Positions 12,562 through 24,590 of a DNA stretch of 41,245 bases are shown here, one piece after another (the stretch's first letter is position 1; each line of letters begins with the position of its first letter). The notes under the pieces are model-generated. The model worked only from the letters and a program-made list of their open reading frames with translations, did not search any database and was not told where the DNA came from. The stretch is from Octopus sinensis (taxonomy: Eukaryota): assembly GCF_006345805.1 (NCBI RefSeq), contig NW_021832082.1, positions 1 through 41,245 on the forward strand. Direction: 5' to 3'. Both the position numbers and the translations under genes were made by a program.

Positions 12562-12683
12562 AAATAGATATAACTCATTAAAATAACAGTTCTGCAATGT
12601 ATCTTCTCATTTCATGAAAAGAAAAGCAGCAAAACAAAGGATATGTCTTCATTTACACAGAAGATCAAAAATAAAATAACATA

Positions 12684-12844
12684 GGCGCAGGAGTGGTTAT
12701 GTGGTAAGTAGCTTGTTTACCAACCACATGGTTCCGGGTTCAGTCCCACTGCATGGCACCTTGGGCAAGTGTCTTCTACTATAGCCTCAAGCCAACCAAA
12801 GCCTTGTGAGTGGATTTGGTAGACGGAAACTGAAAGAAGCCCTC

Positions 12845-12890
<46 letters not shown>

Positions 12891-13105
12891 GTGTGTGCTT
12901 GTATGTTTGTGTTTGTCCCCCTAGCATTGCTTGACAACCGATGCTGGTGTGTTTATGTCCCTGTCACTTAGCGGTTCGGCAAGAAGAGACCGATAGAATA
13001 AGTACTGGGCTTACAAAGAATAAGTCCCGGGGTCGAGTTGCTCAATTAAAGGCGGTGCTCCAGCATGGCCGCAGTCAAAATGACTGAAACAAGTAAAAAA
13101 AAAAA
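12684..13105 (+). mobile_element. SINE family A, full length
   Basis: Complete match to family A. Confidence 0.9.
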
Positions 13106-13639
13106 AGATGCAAAAAAGAAACAAGCACAGAACACAGCGAGAAAAGTATATAATGTAGAAGGACCAATCAATTATGGTTAAAAACAGTTGGTTATCTTCT
13201 CACATAAACAAGGCTTGAATAAAAAACACAAATGAAATGATAATTAATTTGCTAATTAATGCATCAATTACACTTTGTACTTTATCCAAGTTAGAGAATT
13301 CAAACATGATGGCAGATGCTATACAATTCCATTTCAAATATAAATGTTGCTTATTTTGCAATTATGAAGTTTGTGAACAAAAATAATGGAAGAAATAATC
13401 AAGCACTACAGCTGTTTCAAAGAAGCACTGAAAACATATTATGTAACATTAAAAATGGTTCATTGCTATCTGGTGTCATTTCTTTGCAGATGCATTCAGT
13501 TCTTCTGTTGAAAATTTCTTGCCATAATCAGCATTTTTAATGTTAGATTATATTACTTCAGTGCCCATTTGATATTGTGATATAGCTATAGTGCTATATC
13601 GCTTCATTCATTTCTTTCATTCAAAGACTTGATTACTGT

Positions 13640-13795
13640 GTGGCTGTGTAGTAAGAAACTTGCTTCCCAACTGCCTGGTTCCAGATTCAGTTCCACCGTG
13701 TGACAACTTGTGCAAGCGTCTTCTATTATAGCTTTGGGGTGACCAAAGCCTTGTGAGTGGATTTGATAGACAGAAACTGAAAAAGGCCCATCATG
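13640..13795 (+). mobile_element. Older SINE family A head
   Basis: Diverged head variant GTAAGAAACTTGCTTCCCAAC. Confidence 0.8.
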
Positions 13796-13811
13796 TACAT
13801 ATGAAGAATTA

Positions 13812-14308
13812 CAGGGATTCCTCGACTTGCACGAGGTTGCGCGAGTTGTATTCTCGACTTGCGCTTGTTGTAAAAATATTTATTATCCATGGTTGCATTG
13901 CCTTTGAAAGCTTAAAAGACCAAATAATGAACTTTGACAAGAACACTGACCAATGTATGCAAATGCAAAGAAATTTGGAACATGATTTTTCTTGTTATAA
14001 AAAAATGTTTGATCAACTGAATAAGTAAATTTATTTGCTATGTATTTTTCTATTTTCTGTTTATAATCATTAAACAATTTGTATTATTTTTTGTAATTTG
14101 TATTCGTACAAAGCAGTCACCAATAAAAGTTTTTTGGTTTCAAATAGCAAGAAAGTTCATTCAATACTTTCTCCAAGTGTTTCTTTAATATAACAATATT
14201 TAGCAGTTATCCCGGAAAATATTTATAGAAAACAATATCTGGTACTCGACTAGTGTGAATTTCGAATTGCGCGTCCCCCAATTACTTGTGCAAGTCGAGG
14301 AATCCCTG
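13812..14308 (+). mobile_element. Tigger/pogo-type non-autonomous DNA transposon
   Basis: TIRs CAGGGATTCCTCGACTTGCAC / GTGCAAGTCGAGGAATCCCTG with TA TSD; internal peptide FDKNTDQCMQMQRNLEHDFSCYKKMFD resembles a Tigger transposase C-terminus. Confidence 0.85.
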
Positions 14309-14862
14309 TACCCTGTATTATATTCAACAACATATACAACCACCTAGGATCTCACTGGATAGTTAAAAATAAAAAGTTTCTTCAGTTATTATGAAATAAG
14401 GTTAATAAGGGTTTATTATATTAAAAAAATAAGTAGGTAATTAATTATTGCGACATAAAGTATACAAGTTTCTATTAAGCATTAAGTAGAATTATTATCT
14501 GTAGTTTTTAATCTTTAGTTATCCATTAAGCTTAATGTAGAATTCTTGTCTGCAGATTTTGTTCTTTAACATCATCAGTTTCAGCAAATAAATATACTCA
14601 TGTTCTGTTAGGTTTTTTTAATTTTTTAATTTTTATTTTTATGTAGATTTCAAATTATCAAAACGTGTGGAATTAATACAGCATTTTTATGTTTTATTTT
14701 TATAAACTAAATGAGTTATTCATTGACATCATTCTTGGTTGAATGAAAGAATGTCTAAAAGTCAAATTTGGTTTAGCTTTTCTTTTTGTTTGTGTTTTTA
14801 ACAGCTAAATTTTTTTCAGATGTTCAGTTAAAATTTCACCAATATGGATTATCTTGATAATG

Positions 14863-15475
14863 TCATCATCATCATCCTCATCATCGTTTAATGCCCACTG
14901 TCCATGCTGGCATGGGTTGGATGGTTTGACTGAGGACTACACCAGGCTCCAATCTGATCTGGCAGAGTTTCTACAGCTGGATGCCCTTCCTAACACCAAC
15001 CACTCTGAGAGTGTAGTGGGTGCTTTTACGTGCCACCGGTACAAGGGCCAGTCAGGTGGTACTGGCAACGGCCACGCTCAAATGGTGTTTTTTACATGCC
15101 ATCTGCACAGGAGCCAGTCCAGCGACACTGGCAACTGCAATGACCTGCAATGAAAAACTGTTGTTTTTCATGTGCCACCGGCACAAATGCCAGTAAGGTG
15201 ACGTTGGTGATGATCACGCTCGAATGGTACGTTTTATGTACCACCAGCACAGGAGCCTGTCAGCAGCCCTGGTAACGATCATGCTCAGATGGTGCTCTTA
15301 ACGACCCACTGGCATGGATGCCAGTCATGCGGTGCTGTCATCAAATTTGATTTCGATTTCACTTGCCTCACCAGGTCTTCGCAAGCAGAGTTTAGTGTCC
15401 AATGAAGGAAAGGTATGCATAAGTAGACTGGTTACACCCCTGGCATAGGCCATGAGTTATGGTCTCACTTGGTTG
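14863..15475 (-). mobile_element. Retroposon with RTE-like (GAT)n tail, family E
   Basis: Minus strand ends ...GTTAGGAAGGGCATCCAGCTGTAGAAAC...CCAGCATGGACAGTGGGCATTAAACGATGA with a (GAT)-type tail; internal ~75-bp tandem units containing GTGCCACC; other copies at 17810, 20705 and 32270. Confidence 0.75.
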
Positions 15476-15593
15476 TGTTGACATAAATTTTCGTACACAC
15501 ACATATATATGTGTGTGAGTGTGTATGTGTGTTTGTGTATGACATATCTACCAATATACATGCTTACATACAAGTATACACTTATATATATAC

Positions 15594-15772
15594 CGGAGTA
15601 AACACATAAATGTGAAACAAGGTGGAAAAAAGAGTACCCAAATACCAGGGGTAGAGTTATATGCTTTATTTAAAAATTTGTTAAAATTTTAACAAAACTG
15701 TCCGACGAATGGGAACGTGAAACTCCGAGTAACAGGTTTTGTTGAATTTCTGCTGCTTTTAAATAAAGTATT
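15594..15772 (+). mobile_element. TA-embedded fold-back element with hammerhead motif
   Basis: 15694-15740: AAAACUGU-CCGACGA-AUGGGAACGU-GAAAC-UCCGA-GUA-ACAGGUUUU (U4 to C variant); left part is the reverse complement of the 41017-41099 terminus. Confidence 0.75.
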
Positions 15773-16224
15773 TATATATATATATATATGTACACGTGAA
15801 CACATATATGTAAACACATACACACATGTATTGATACATAGATTTTTACAGAAAATCTATACAAACATATGAGAGTATACATGTGTGCATGTGTGTGTGT
15901 ATGTGTGTGTGCGCATGTGCATGTGTATGTGTGCATATGAGTGTATGTATGTGTGTGTATGTGTGTGTATGTGTGTCATTGTGAATGAATAAACATGTTT
16001 GGGGTAATAAACTAAAAAGAATTTGGAATTTTGGATGTAACAGAGGAATGATAGAATATTACCATGGAAGAATGCATATGTACACACACACATGTTTACA
16101 TGCAAATACATACATACATATATATACGTATGTATATATATATATATATATATATACATACACACATATATAATAATAACAATAACAATAATAAAAATAA
16201 TAATAATACTAATAACAATAATAA

Positions 16225-16363
16225 CGTACATTATTTACATTATTTACATTTGATGGATATTTGTCGTCATCTTGTTTGTTGTTAACACAACATTTCGGCT
16301 GATACACCCTCCAGTCTTCATCCTGGGTTCTCATTCCTAAGGTATTTTTCGATGTTGTTGTTG

Positions 16364-16426
<63 letters not shown>

Positions 16427-16440
16427 TCATTGCCTGGAAT
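16225..16440 (-). mobile_element. Body of a SINE-like element with internal (AAT)n and degenerate hammerhead
   Basis: Minus strand: TTCCAGGCAATGACCTG-(AAT)n-AACATCGAAAAATACCTTAGGAATGAGAACCCAG-GATGAAGACTG..CAGCCGAAATGTT... Confidence 0.6.
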
Positions 16441-16541
16441 TGTGGTGTAGTGGTTAAGAGCATGAGCTACTAATCCCAAGATTCTGAGTTTGCTTCCAGG
16501 CAGTGACCTGAATAATAATAATAATAATTATAATAATAATG

Positions 16542-16600
<59 letters not shown>

Positions 16601-16629
16601 TAATAATAATAAATAATAATAATAATAAA
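16441..16629 (+). mobile_element. tRNA-like SINE head followed by (AAT)n
   Basis: A box TGGTGTAGTGG, degenerate B box GAGTTTGCTTCC, then AGGCAGTGACCTG(AAT)n; inverted partner of 16421-16440. Confidence 0.65.
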
Positions 16630-17183
16630 TGCCCTGATGCAGTACCAGGCAGTGGCTCTCATGGCTTCTGATCTTAACTGATTAGAAGTGTTATCATGTA
16701 CATTGTTTTGTCTTGGTATAAAAGATGGGCTACAGCAAATATTCTGCTCAATACCACAGATTTGCTTGTCAGTTGTTTGACCTTAACCAGTTGAGCATGT
16801 CCCTTAGTGGCCGGCGATATGTACATCTCTGACCACGAGCAGAAGTAGTGGGGGAGCATCATAGCCATGTGTTGAGAGGGATTCTTTGGGGTTTGAATAA
16901 TTCACCTCTGGAAACATGGGTGTTTCATCAACATCCTTAAACAACCCTTATTCAGGGACCTTTTGAGCAGGATGGGTTACTCGACCTGAAGAAAATTCTA
17001 AGTGGGCCCCACCTGCAAGGTCATGTGCTTTTTATCTTGATATGAGATCACCATGTTGCGCACATATGGTTGTGATGCATGTGCCTAGTGTACCCTTATC
17101 AGACGGGTTGTCATGATGGGTATACTGGGCTTCGTATATTTTACCCCAGTGTCACTTTGATGGCATGCACTGCTCTCTCACTC
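16630..17183 (+). mobile_element. (AAT)n-targeted retroposon, non-coding (possibly an R4/Dong-like 3' region or a SINE)
   Basis: Inserted within an AAT array; its 3' ~190 bp recurs at 27676 and 29433, each ending in TAATAATAAT. Confidence 0.6.
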
Positions 17184-17214
17184 AATAATAATAATAATAA
17201 TAATGATAATGATG

Positions 17215-17245
<31 letters not shown>

Positions 17246-17254
17246 CATCGAAAA

Positions 17255-17756
17255 ATACCTCAAGTGCCTGGAGGAGGTGGTACTGCCCTGGGTCAACAGG
17301 GTACCTGTTGGAAGACCTTATGTCTGGCAACAGGACTCTGCACCATGTCACATTAGCAGCAGAACCCAGTTATGGTTGTCAGACAATTTCTGCGATCACA
17401 TAACCCCTAACATCTGGCCACCTAACTCCCCGGACTGCAACCCCCTTGATTATTATGTGTGGAGCACAGTTAAGTGAGAGACCAACAAGACTCTTTGTAA
17501 CACCAAAGATGAACCGAAGGCAAGGATTATGGCAGTATTTACCAACTTAAACAAAGAGACCATTTAGAAGAGTTGCAGGAGATTCTGAAGTCGTCTAGTG
17601 GCTGTGGCTGAAGCCAATAGCGATTTCTTTGAATAAATTTACTTTTAGTATTTCAAGCTATTTCTATATAATTTTGGTAAATATATGTTAAAATGAGATG
17701 TCAGTGTTATTTCCATTTTTGCTTAATTTAGACAACTGTTTATTCACCGCACCCTG
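17255..17756 (+). mobile_element. DD37D (maT) Tc1/mariner transposon 3' remnant
   Basis: WQQDSAPCH...WPPNSPDCNPLDYYVW with 37 residues between the catalytic Ds; in-frame stops downstream; terminal CACCGCACCCTG followed by TA. Confidence 0.9.
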
Positions 17757-17807
17757 TATACACATACACAAATGCAATATGCATCTCTCACCTCTCTCTC
17801 TTCATAT

Positions 17808-18100
17808 CATCATCATCATCATTTAACGTCTATTTTCCTTGCTGGCTAGGGTTACACAGTTTGACAAGAGCTGGTTAGGCAGAAGCCTGCACCATACTTC
17901 TGTATATGTTTTGGTATGGTTTTTGTAGCTGGATGTCCTTCCTAACACCAACGACCCCACAAAGTGGACTGGGTGCTTTTTATGTGGCAACAGCACCAGA
18001 GAGAGTTTTGGCATGAGTTTTACTGCTGGATGCCCTTTCAAATACCAGCCACTTTACAGTGTGGACTGGATGCATTTTACATGGCCCCAGCACTGGTGCA
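17808..18100 (-). mobile_element. Diverged family E retroposon
   Basis: (CAT)n followed by TTTAACGTC...GCTGGATGTCCTTCCTAACACCAAC. Confidence 0.7.
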
Positions 18101-18349
18101 CTCACCAAGAAATCCTGAATCTCCCTGTGAAATACATTAAGGGTAGGCATGTCTGTGAAGTACTCAGCCACTTGCTTGTTAATTTCACAAGTAGGCTTCT
18201 TCATTGGTCAGATCAAATGGAACCTTGATTGTCATAACCAATAGAGTGTCAGTTCATATATACACATACATATATGTTCATATATACATACAGATATATA
18301 CACATGCATACATACATTCCTTGGGAAAGTGGAAGCTCATTGTATATGT

Positions 18350-19170
18350 ATAGGTGTGTGTGTCTGTATTTGTGAATGTCCAATCTTCATTGCTTGAAAA
18401 GAGGTGTTGGTTTGTTTATATTCCTGTAACAGTGATTTGGCAAAAGAGACTGACAGAAGAAATACCAGACTTAAATAAAAAATACTGGATTTGGTTGGCA
18501 GAAACTAAAAGAAGCCCAATGTGTGTGTGCACGCGTATTTGTGTTTGTCCCCCTCCCACCATTTAATAACCAGTGTTGCTTTGTTTATGTCCCTGTAACT
18601 TAGTGATTTGGCAAGAGAGACCAATAGAATAAGTATCAGGCTTAGATTAGAAACAAGTACTAGGGTCAGTTTGTTTGACTAAGAAGTGTTCAAAGGGGTA
18701 CCCCCTCCATGGCCATAGTCTAATGAGTGAAACAAACTAAATATAAAAGTTGAAAGATAGACATAGGAATGGCTGTGTGGTAAGTAGCTTGCTTACCAAC
18801 CACATGGTCCCGGGTTCAGTCCCACTGCATGGCACCTTGGGCAAGTGTCTTCTACTATAACCTCAGACCGACTAAAGCCTTGTGAGTGGATTTGGTAGAT
18901 GGAAACTGAAAGAAGCCCGTAGTATATATGTATATATATATACGTATTATGTGTGTATATGTTTGTGTGTCTGTTTGTCCCCCCCCCCCAACATCGCTTG
19001 ACAACCGATGCTGTTGTATTTACATCCCCGTAACTCAGCAGTTCAGCAAAAGAGACCGATAGAATAAGTACTGGGCTTACAAAGAATAAGTCCCGGGGTT
19101 GATTTGCTCGACTAAAGGCGGTGCTCCAGCATGGCCACAGTCAAATGACTGAAACAAGTAAAAGAGTAAA
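18350..19170 (+). mobile_element. Cluster of SINE family A copies (old fragments 18350-18750; near full-length 18765-19170)
   Basis: Family A body and tail motifs repeated. Confidence 0.85.
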
Positions 19171-20119
19171 AGTTGAAAGATAGTAACTGGCAGAAAACCC
19201 CCCAGAGGGCTGTGTCTATAACGTCTGTTTTTATCTCTGTCTCCATTGTATCTCTTGCTCTGTGTCTGAGTCTGAATATCTGGAGGAATACTTCAAGCCT
19301 ATTTTCTATTTTCAGCTTTTCGCCATCTTAACCCACTGAAAATAGTTCGTGATAAGGTAAAGAAAAGTCCTACAACCAGCTAAGCTACAGCACATCACAG
19401 TATCACCAAAGTAGCTCACAAAAAGTAGTCCATGATAAGGAAACTTCTGCTACCGACTACTAACTACTACACAACCGCTGTATCAACATATCAAATGATA
19501 TATCGGGTTTCCAAGAAATATTTCTGCAGCTTCCACTTCTTAGAAACTGAAAGATGTTTTAACTGGTTCTTGCAATAATATTACCTGTAAAGTTTTTTCT
19601 TGCTTGTTTTCTTCATGGTGATGTTGGTGGAGTAGTCTACATTCTAGCACACCTCATTTCAAAAGATGGATGTATGCATGCATGTATGTATGTATGTTTA
19701 GGATGTGCTTGTTCATAGGAACAAGGGTATTCACAAACTAAATAAAGTACTTGATACTTCAAGAAATATAATTAAGTATGTGAGTGAATCTATGTGTATA
19801 AATACACACATACACACACACAAGCACACACATGTAGTATTTGCAGTATATATTTAGAAGTGCTGTTTATACAAATTGAAGAATTTAAAAGCTATACAGT
19901 ACAGATATGTTACAATTCATATCTCTCTTTTGATAATGAAGTGATTATATAGATAATATTTTGACAAAATGCTTCTCATTCTTAGCTTTAAAAATTGTTA
20001 CAGTACTTTAAATAAGCTTAGATTCCATTATATTTAATTTCGAAGCGTAGCAATTGTACCGTCTCCGTTTGGCAAATTTTCAAGGGAATAAAGTTCTCTA
20101 AAAGGCTTTCATTCGAATT

Positions 20120-20520
20120 CTCCTGAATGCAATAATCTGCTGAGGATCACTTTATCATATGATAATGTATTTAACTTCTGGTCAGTACTTCCAAGAACAT
20201 GTTTGATGATATTTGGGAGCTGTCTGTATTCTTTGTGGGTGGCTTATTGAAGGACCTATATAATATCTGATACTTAAATGTGACACCTTGGAAGATTGTA
20301 AGATTTGCTTGGACGGTTACTGGTGACAAACTGAATATTTGTTGCCATGTATACTGCTTTGCAGACAGTTAGAAATAGTGAGCCCATCATCTCTGTATTA
20401 ACCCATTCTAAAGCCAATGAAAAATGTTTCCATTTCATGGAAGCCCAGCTAACTCATGAAATTGTACATCATCAGTGCTCACTGTAGTGACATCCCACAT
20501 TGACGTATGAAAGACAACTG
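20120..20520 (-). pseudogene. Decayed PLE reverse transcriptase (YRDDGL type)
   Basis: Minus strand HELAGL, YRDDGLTISN (YRDDGL at 20380-20397), FQGVTFKYQILYRSFNKP and LPNIIKHVLGSTDQKLNTLS follow PLE RT motif order; multiple frameshifts. Confidence 0.7.
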
Positions 20521-20704
20521 ATGATCTAAATCACTTACACAGCTTAGAAACATTTTATTACATGCAAACCTGTTAACATTCATAGTCAACTGAAAGAAAC
20601 CAAGGCTTGTGTTTAATCGTTATGTAATCTTTCTGTGTCTCACAGAATTATGGTTTTATTCAACATATTTCCCTCTCAGATTCACACACTTATTGCAGCA
20701 GCCC

Positions 20705-20908
20705 TTCATCATCATCATCTTTGTCGTCATCATCGTCATTTAACATCTGCTTTCCATGCTGGCATGGGTTGGATGGTTTGACTCAGAGCTGGCAAGCCAG
20801 AAGGCTGCACCAGGCTCCAGTCTGATCTGGCAAAGTTTCTACAGCTGGATGCCCTTCCTAACACCAACCACTCCGAGAGTGTAGTGGGTGCTTTTTACGT
20901 GCCACCTT
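20705..20908 (-). mobile_element. Family E retroposon 3' part
   Basis: Closely matches 14863-15040. Confidence 0.8.
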
Positions 20909-21005
20909 CAGATTTTCTATCCCTGTAAAAGAACTTAGAAGGTCGGGCCTTAAAGCCAGGAACTTTTTTAGTTTCCCTCATAAATATATATATATATATA
21001 TTATA

Positions 21006-21077
<72 letters not shown>

Positions 21078-21097
21078 CATATATATATATGTATATA

Positions 21098-21247
21098 TTG
21101 GTAAAAACGGTAGATAACAAAAGAAAGAAAGAGACCTCAATATTATTAAAACAGAGGAATTTATCTGTAAAATAATATGTGACAATTATTCAATAGCCAA
21201 GATAAAACTTTTGTCTTGGCTATTGAATAATGTCACATTTATTTTAC

Positions 21248-21252
<5 letters not shown>
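21098..21252. mobile_element. TA-embedded fold-back element (hairpin 21162-21252)
   Basis: TATCTGTAAAATAATATGTGACAATTATTCAATAGCCAAGATAAAA-C-TTTTGTCTTGGCTATTGAATAATGTCACATTTATTTTACAGATA. Confidence 0.75.
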
Positions 21253-21292
<40 letters not shown>

Positions 21293-21559
21293 TGTGTGTA
21301 TGTATGTATGCATGTGTATGTACGTATGTGTGTGAGTGTTAATGTCTGTGTGTGTACAGGAAGTTCCAGATCCTGTTGGTTGACAAGTACTTTGGAAGAG
21401 AGAATGAGAGACAAAGAGAGAGAGAAGAATCAATGCAAGAAAAATGAATTGCAAGATTGACTTTGGTTGGATGTGAACCTAGAATACAGAAACCCTCAAA
21501 AAATACCATCTTTTTCTATATCATGATGTCTCTGTTTGTTCACTGTTTGTTTGTTCATT

Positions 21560-22339
21560 TATATGTATGTGTATATGTATGTATGTATGTATGTATGTAT
21601 GAGTATGTATGTATGTATGTATGTGTGTGTGTGTATGTATGTATGTATGTATGCATGTAGGTATGTATGTATGTATGTATGTATGTATGTATGTATGTAT
21701 GTATGTAGGTATGTATGTATGTAGGTATGTATGTATGTATGTAGGTAGGTAGGTAGGTATGTAAGCACGTATGTATGTATGTATGTATTTATGTATGTAT
21801 GTAGTATGTTGATGATTATGTATTATGCATGCATTGTATGTCTGTAAGCATGTATGTAAGCATGTATGTAAGCATGTATGTAAGCAGTATGTAAGCATGT
21901 ATGTATGTATGTATGTATGTATGTATGTATGTATGCATGTATGTATGTATGTATGTATGTATGTATGTATGTATGTATGTATGTATGCATGTATGTATGT
22001 ATGTAAGCATGTATGTAAGCATGTATGTAAGCATGTATGTATGTATGTATGTATGTCCTTATTCAGTTTTGTTTCAAGATCTCTTACCAATAGAGAAAGA
22101 GCTGGTTTCTAACCTAAATCCAAATCTACATTGAAATTTCAACATCATTAACAGGATATTTTTGCATGTATGTGTGTATATGTGCAGTATTTGGAGTCAT
22201 TACATGTGCACATTTGTATGTTTTGTTTTACATATGTATTCTTAATCATATAGTTACATGTCTAGACATGCACATATATACTTAAATGATAAAATTCTGG
22301 AAAGTTTTACAGATTTTTGCAGTTCCAGTAATGACTTGG

Positions 22340-22370
<31 letters not shown>

Positions 22371-22560
22371 TGTATGTATGTATGTATGTATGTATGTATG
22401 TGTGCATGCATGTATGTATATATGTGCGTTTATGTATGTATGTATGTATGTATGTATGTATGTATGCATGCATGCATGCATGTATGTATGTATGTATGTA
22501 TGTATGTGCGTTTATGTATGTATGTATGTATGTATGTATGTATGTATGCATGCATGCATG

Positions 22561-22594
<34 letters not shown>

Positions 22595-22600
22595 TGTATG
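21560..22600. repeat. Two long (GTAT)n arrays (21560-22056 and 22341-22600)
   Basis: Direct inspection. Confidence 0.95.
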
Positions 22601-22774
22601 TCATTGTTCAGTTTTATTTCAACATCTCTTGCCAATAAAGAAAGAACTGGTATCTAACTTAGATCCAAGTCTCCTTCATTGGAATTTCAACACCAGCTGG
22701 GTATTTTTTGCAATAATATAAATAATATATAAATATATGCATATATACATAAATATATGTACATACCTACATAT

Positions 22775-22965
22775 ATAAATGCATATATGGGTATAGGACA
22801 TCAAAAAAACGTTGAACACAATGAGAAACGAAAACATAAAAACAAAAACATAGAAACGAACTATTTTTCAAACAACAAAAAAAACACAGAGAATCGAGAC
22901 ATACAACATAAAGAATATTTCCCTTCTTTTTTTTTTTGATGTCCTGTACCCATATATGCATGTAT
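22775..22965. mobile_element. TA-embedded element with ~30-bp inverted termini
   Basis: ATGCATATATGGGTATAGGACATCAAAAAAA / TTTTTTTGATGTCCTGTACCCATATATGCAT; a relative at 24350-24590 shares the CTGTACCCATATATGCAT end. Confidence 0.7.
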
Positions 22966-23007
22966 ATATACATATATATGTAGGTATGTACATATATGTA
23001 AGCATAT

Positions 23008-23217
23008 ACTCTTTTACTCTTTTACTTGTTTCAGTCATTTGACTGTGGCCATGCTGGAGCACCGCCTTTAATTGAGCAAATCGACCCCAGGACTTATTCT
23101 TTGTAAGCCCAGTACTTATTCTATCGATTTCTTTTGCCAAACCGCTAAGTAACAGGGGCATAAACACACCAGCATCGGTTGTCAAGCAATGCTAGGGGGA
23201 CAAACACAGACACACAA

Positions 23218-23254
<37 letters not shown>

Positions 23255-23425
23255 CATATATACGACATGCTTCTTTCAGTTTCCGCCTACCAAATCCACT
23301 CAGAAGGCATTGGTCGGCCCGGGGCTATAGCAGAAGACACTTGCCCAAGATGCCACGCAGTGGGACTGAACCCGGAACCATGTGGTTGGTAAGCAAGCTG
23401 CTTACCACACAGCCACTCCTGCGCC
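23008..23425 (-). mobile_element. SINE family A, full length
   Basis: Complete match. Confidence 0.9.
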
Positions 23426-23668
23426 TAATATATATATCTATATATCATTTATATCATTATATGATCGAACGCCACGCATCCTTTTCCAAGTATTTTTTGT
23501 ATGTATGCTTGCATGTATGTGCAGTATTTGGAGCCGTTCGATGTGGAAATTTGTGTGTTTTGTTTTAGGTATGTATTCTCAGTCATACAGTTGTATTGTC
23601 ACTGGAACTTACTATGGCAACTGAGAAAGTGCAGTTTTCTGAAGTTAAAAGTTATTTATTATAATAAC

Positions 23669-23970
23669 AGGTGCAGGAATGGCCGTGTGGTATGTAGCTT
23701 GCTTACCAACCACATGGTTCTGGATTCAGTCCCACTGCATGGCACCTTGGGCAAGTGTCCTCTACTATAGCCTCGGGCTGACCAAAGCCTTGGTAGATGG
23801 AAACTGAAAGAAGCCTGTCGTATGTATGTATATATATGTGTGTGTGTGAAATACTAGGCTTACAAAGAATAAGTCCTGGGGTTGATTTGCTTGACTAAAG
23901 GCGGTGCTCCAGCATGGCCGCTGTCAAATGACTGAAACAAGTAAAAGGAAAAAGAGTAAAGAGTAAAGAG
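23669..23970 (+). mobile_element. SINE family A, internally deleted
   Basis: Head and tail present. Confidence 0.85.
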
Positions 23971-24349
23971 AATATAAATATTTAAAAAATATTTTAAAAA
24001 ACAAAATGACATAAAACTTTTGGAATTTCCTATGTTGTGTTAAGCGCTTTGATTCTTTACAACTTTTCCTGTAACACGTGTTTGAAAAGCTTTAAACAGT
24101 GAAAGCACTTAACTATACAAAAAATTCCTTTTCATTTAAGAAAATCTTTCTTCTAATACTGTGACTACATCAAGAGTTCTTTGCAAAAACCACACGTCAG
24201 CAGAGATCAGATGCATTCTTGTCTGTCTCTTGTCAAAGCTTGTTCCTCCAGCATTCACCACCTCACCTTGTTAAGGCCTAATAGCCCTTTCTGTTTGTTT
24301 TCACTGTCCTGTTTCTGTTACCAACTTTGACCCTCTGCAAAATCCCAAA

Positions 24350-24590
24350 TTTTATTTAATTTGCTTTGCGGGAGCAACTGTTTTGCCGAAAGTATATCTT
24401 GTCGTGAATTGCTCAAATTATGGAGTAGGAAAACAGCAAAAAACTGATGATGACTCGTTCTTTATGTTGCTTGTCTTGTTTTCCATTTGTTTCTTTCATT
24501 GTTCACAAAAAAAGTTTGTATTCCATGTTTTCGTATTTTGTATTTCATGTTGTTTACATTGTACGATTCTGTACCCATATATGCATATGT
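24350..24590. mobile_element. Relative of the 22775-22965 element
   Basis: Diverged reverse-complement similarity and a shared terminus next to a TA run. Confidence 0.6.

Noticed and set aside
15020-15320. Regularly spaced GTGCCACC-containing units resembling a CRISPR-like array
   Set aside because: Diverged internal tandem repeats of a eukaryotic retroposon; the spacers are homologous to each other and there are no cas genes
17079-17477. 132-aa ORF with poly-N plus transposase motifs as a chimeric gene
   Set aside because: Accidental fusion of a retroposon end, an AAT tract and a truncated maT transposase with downstream stops
19190-19640. Unique-looking block with possible splice sites
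   Set aside because: No consistent exon or recognisable peptide; may be an old LINE 5' region
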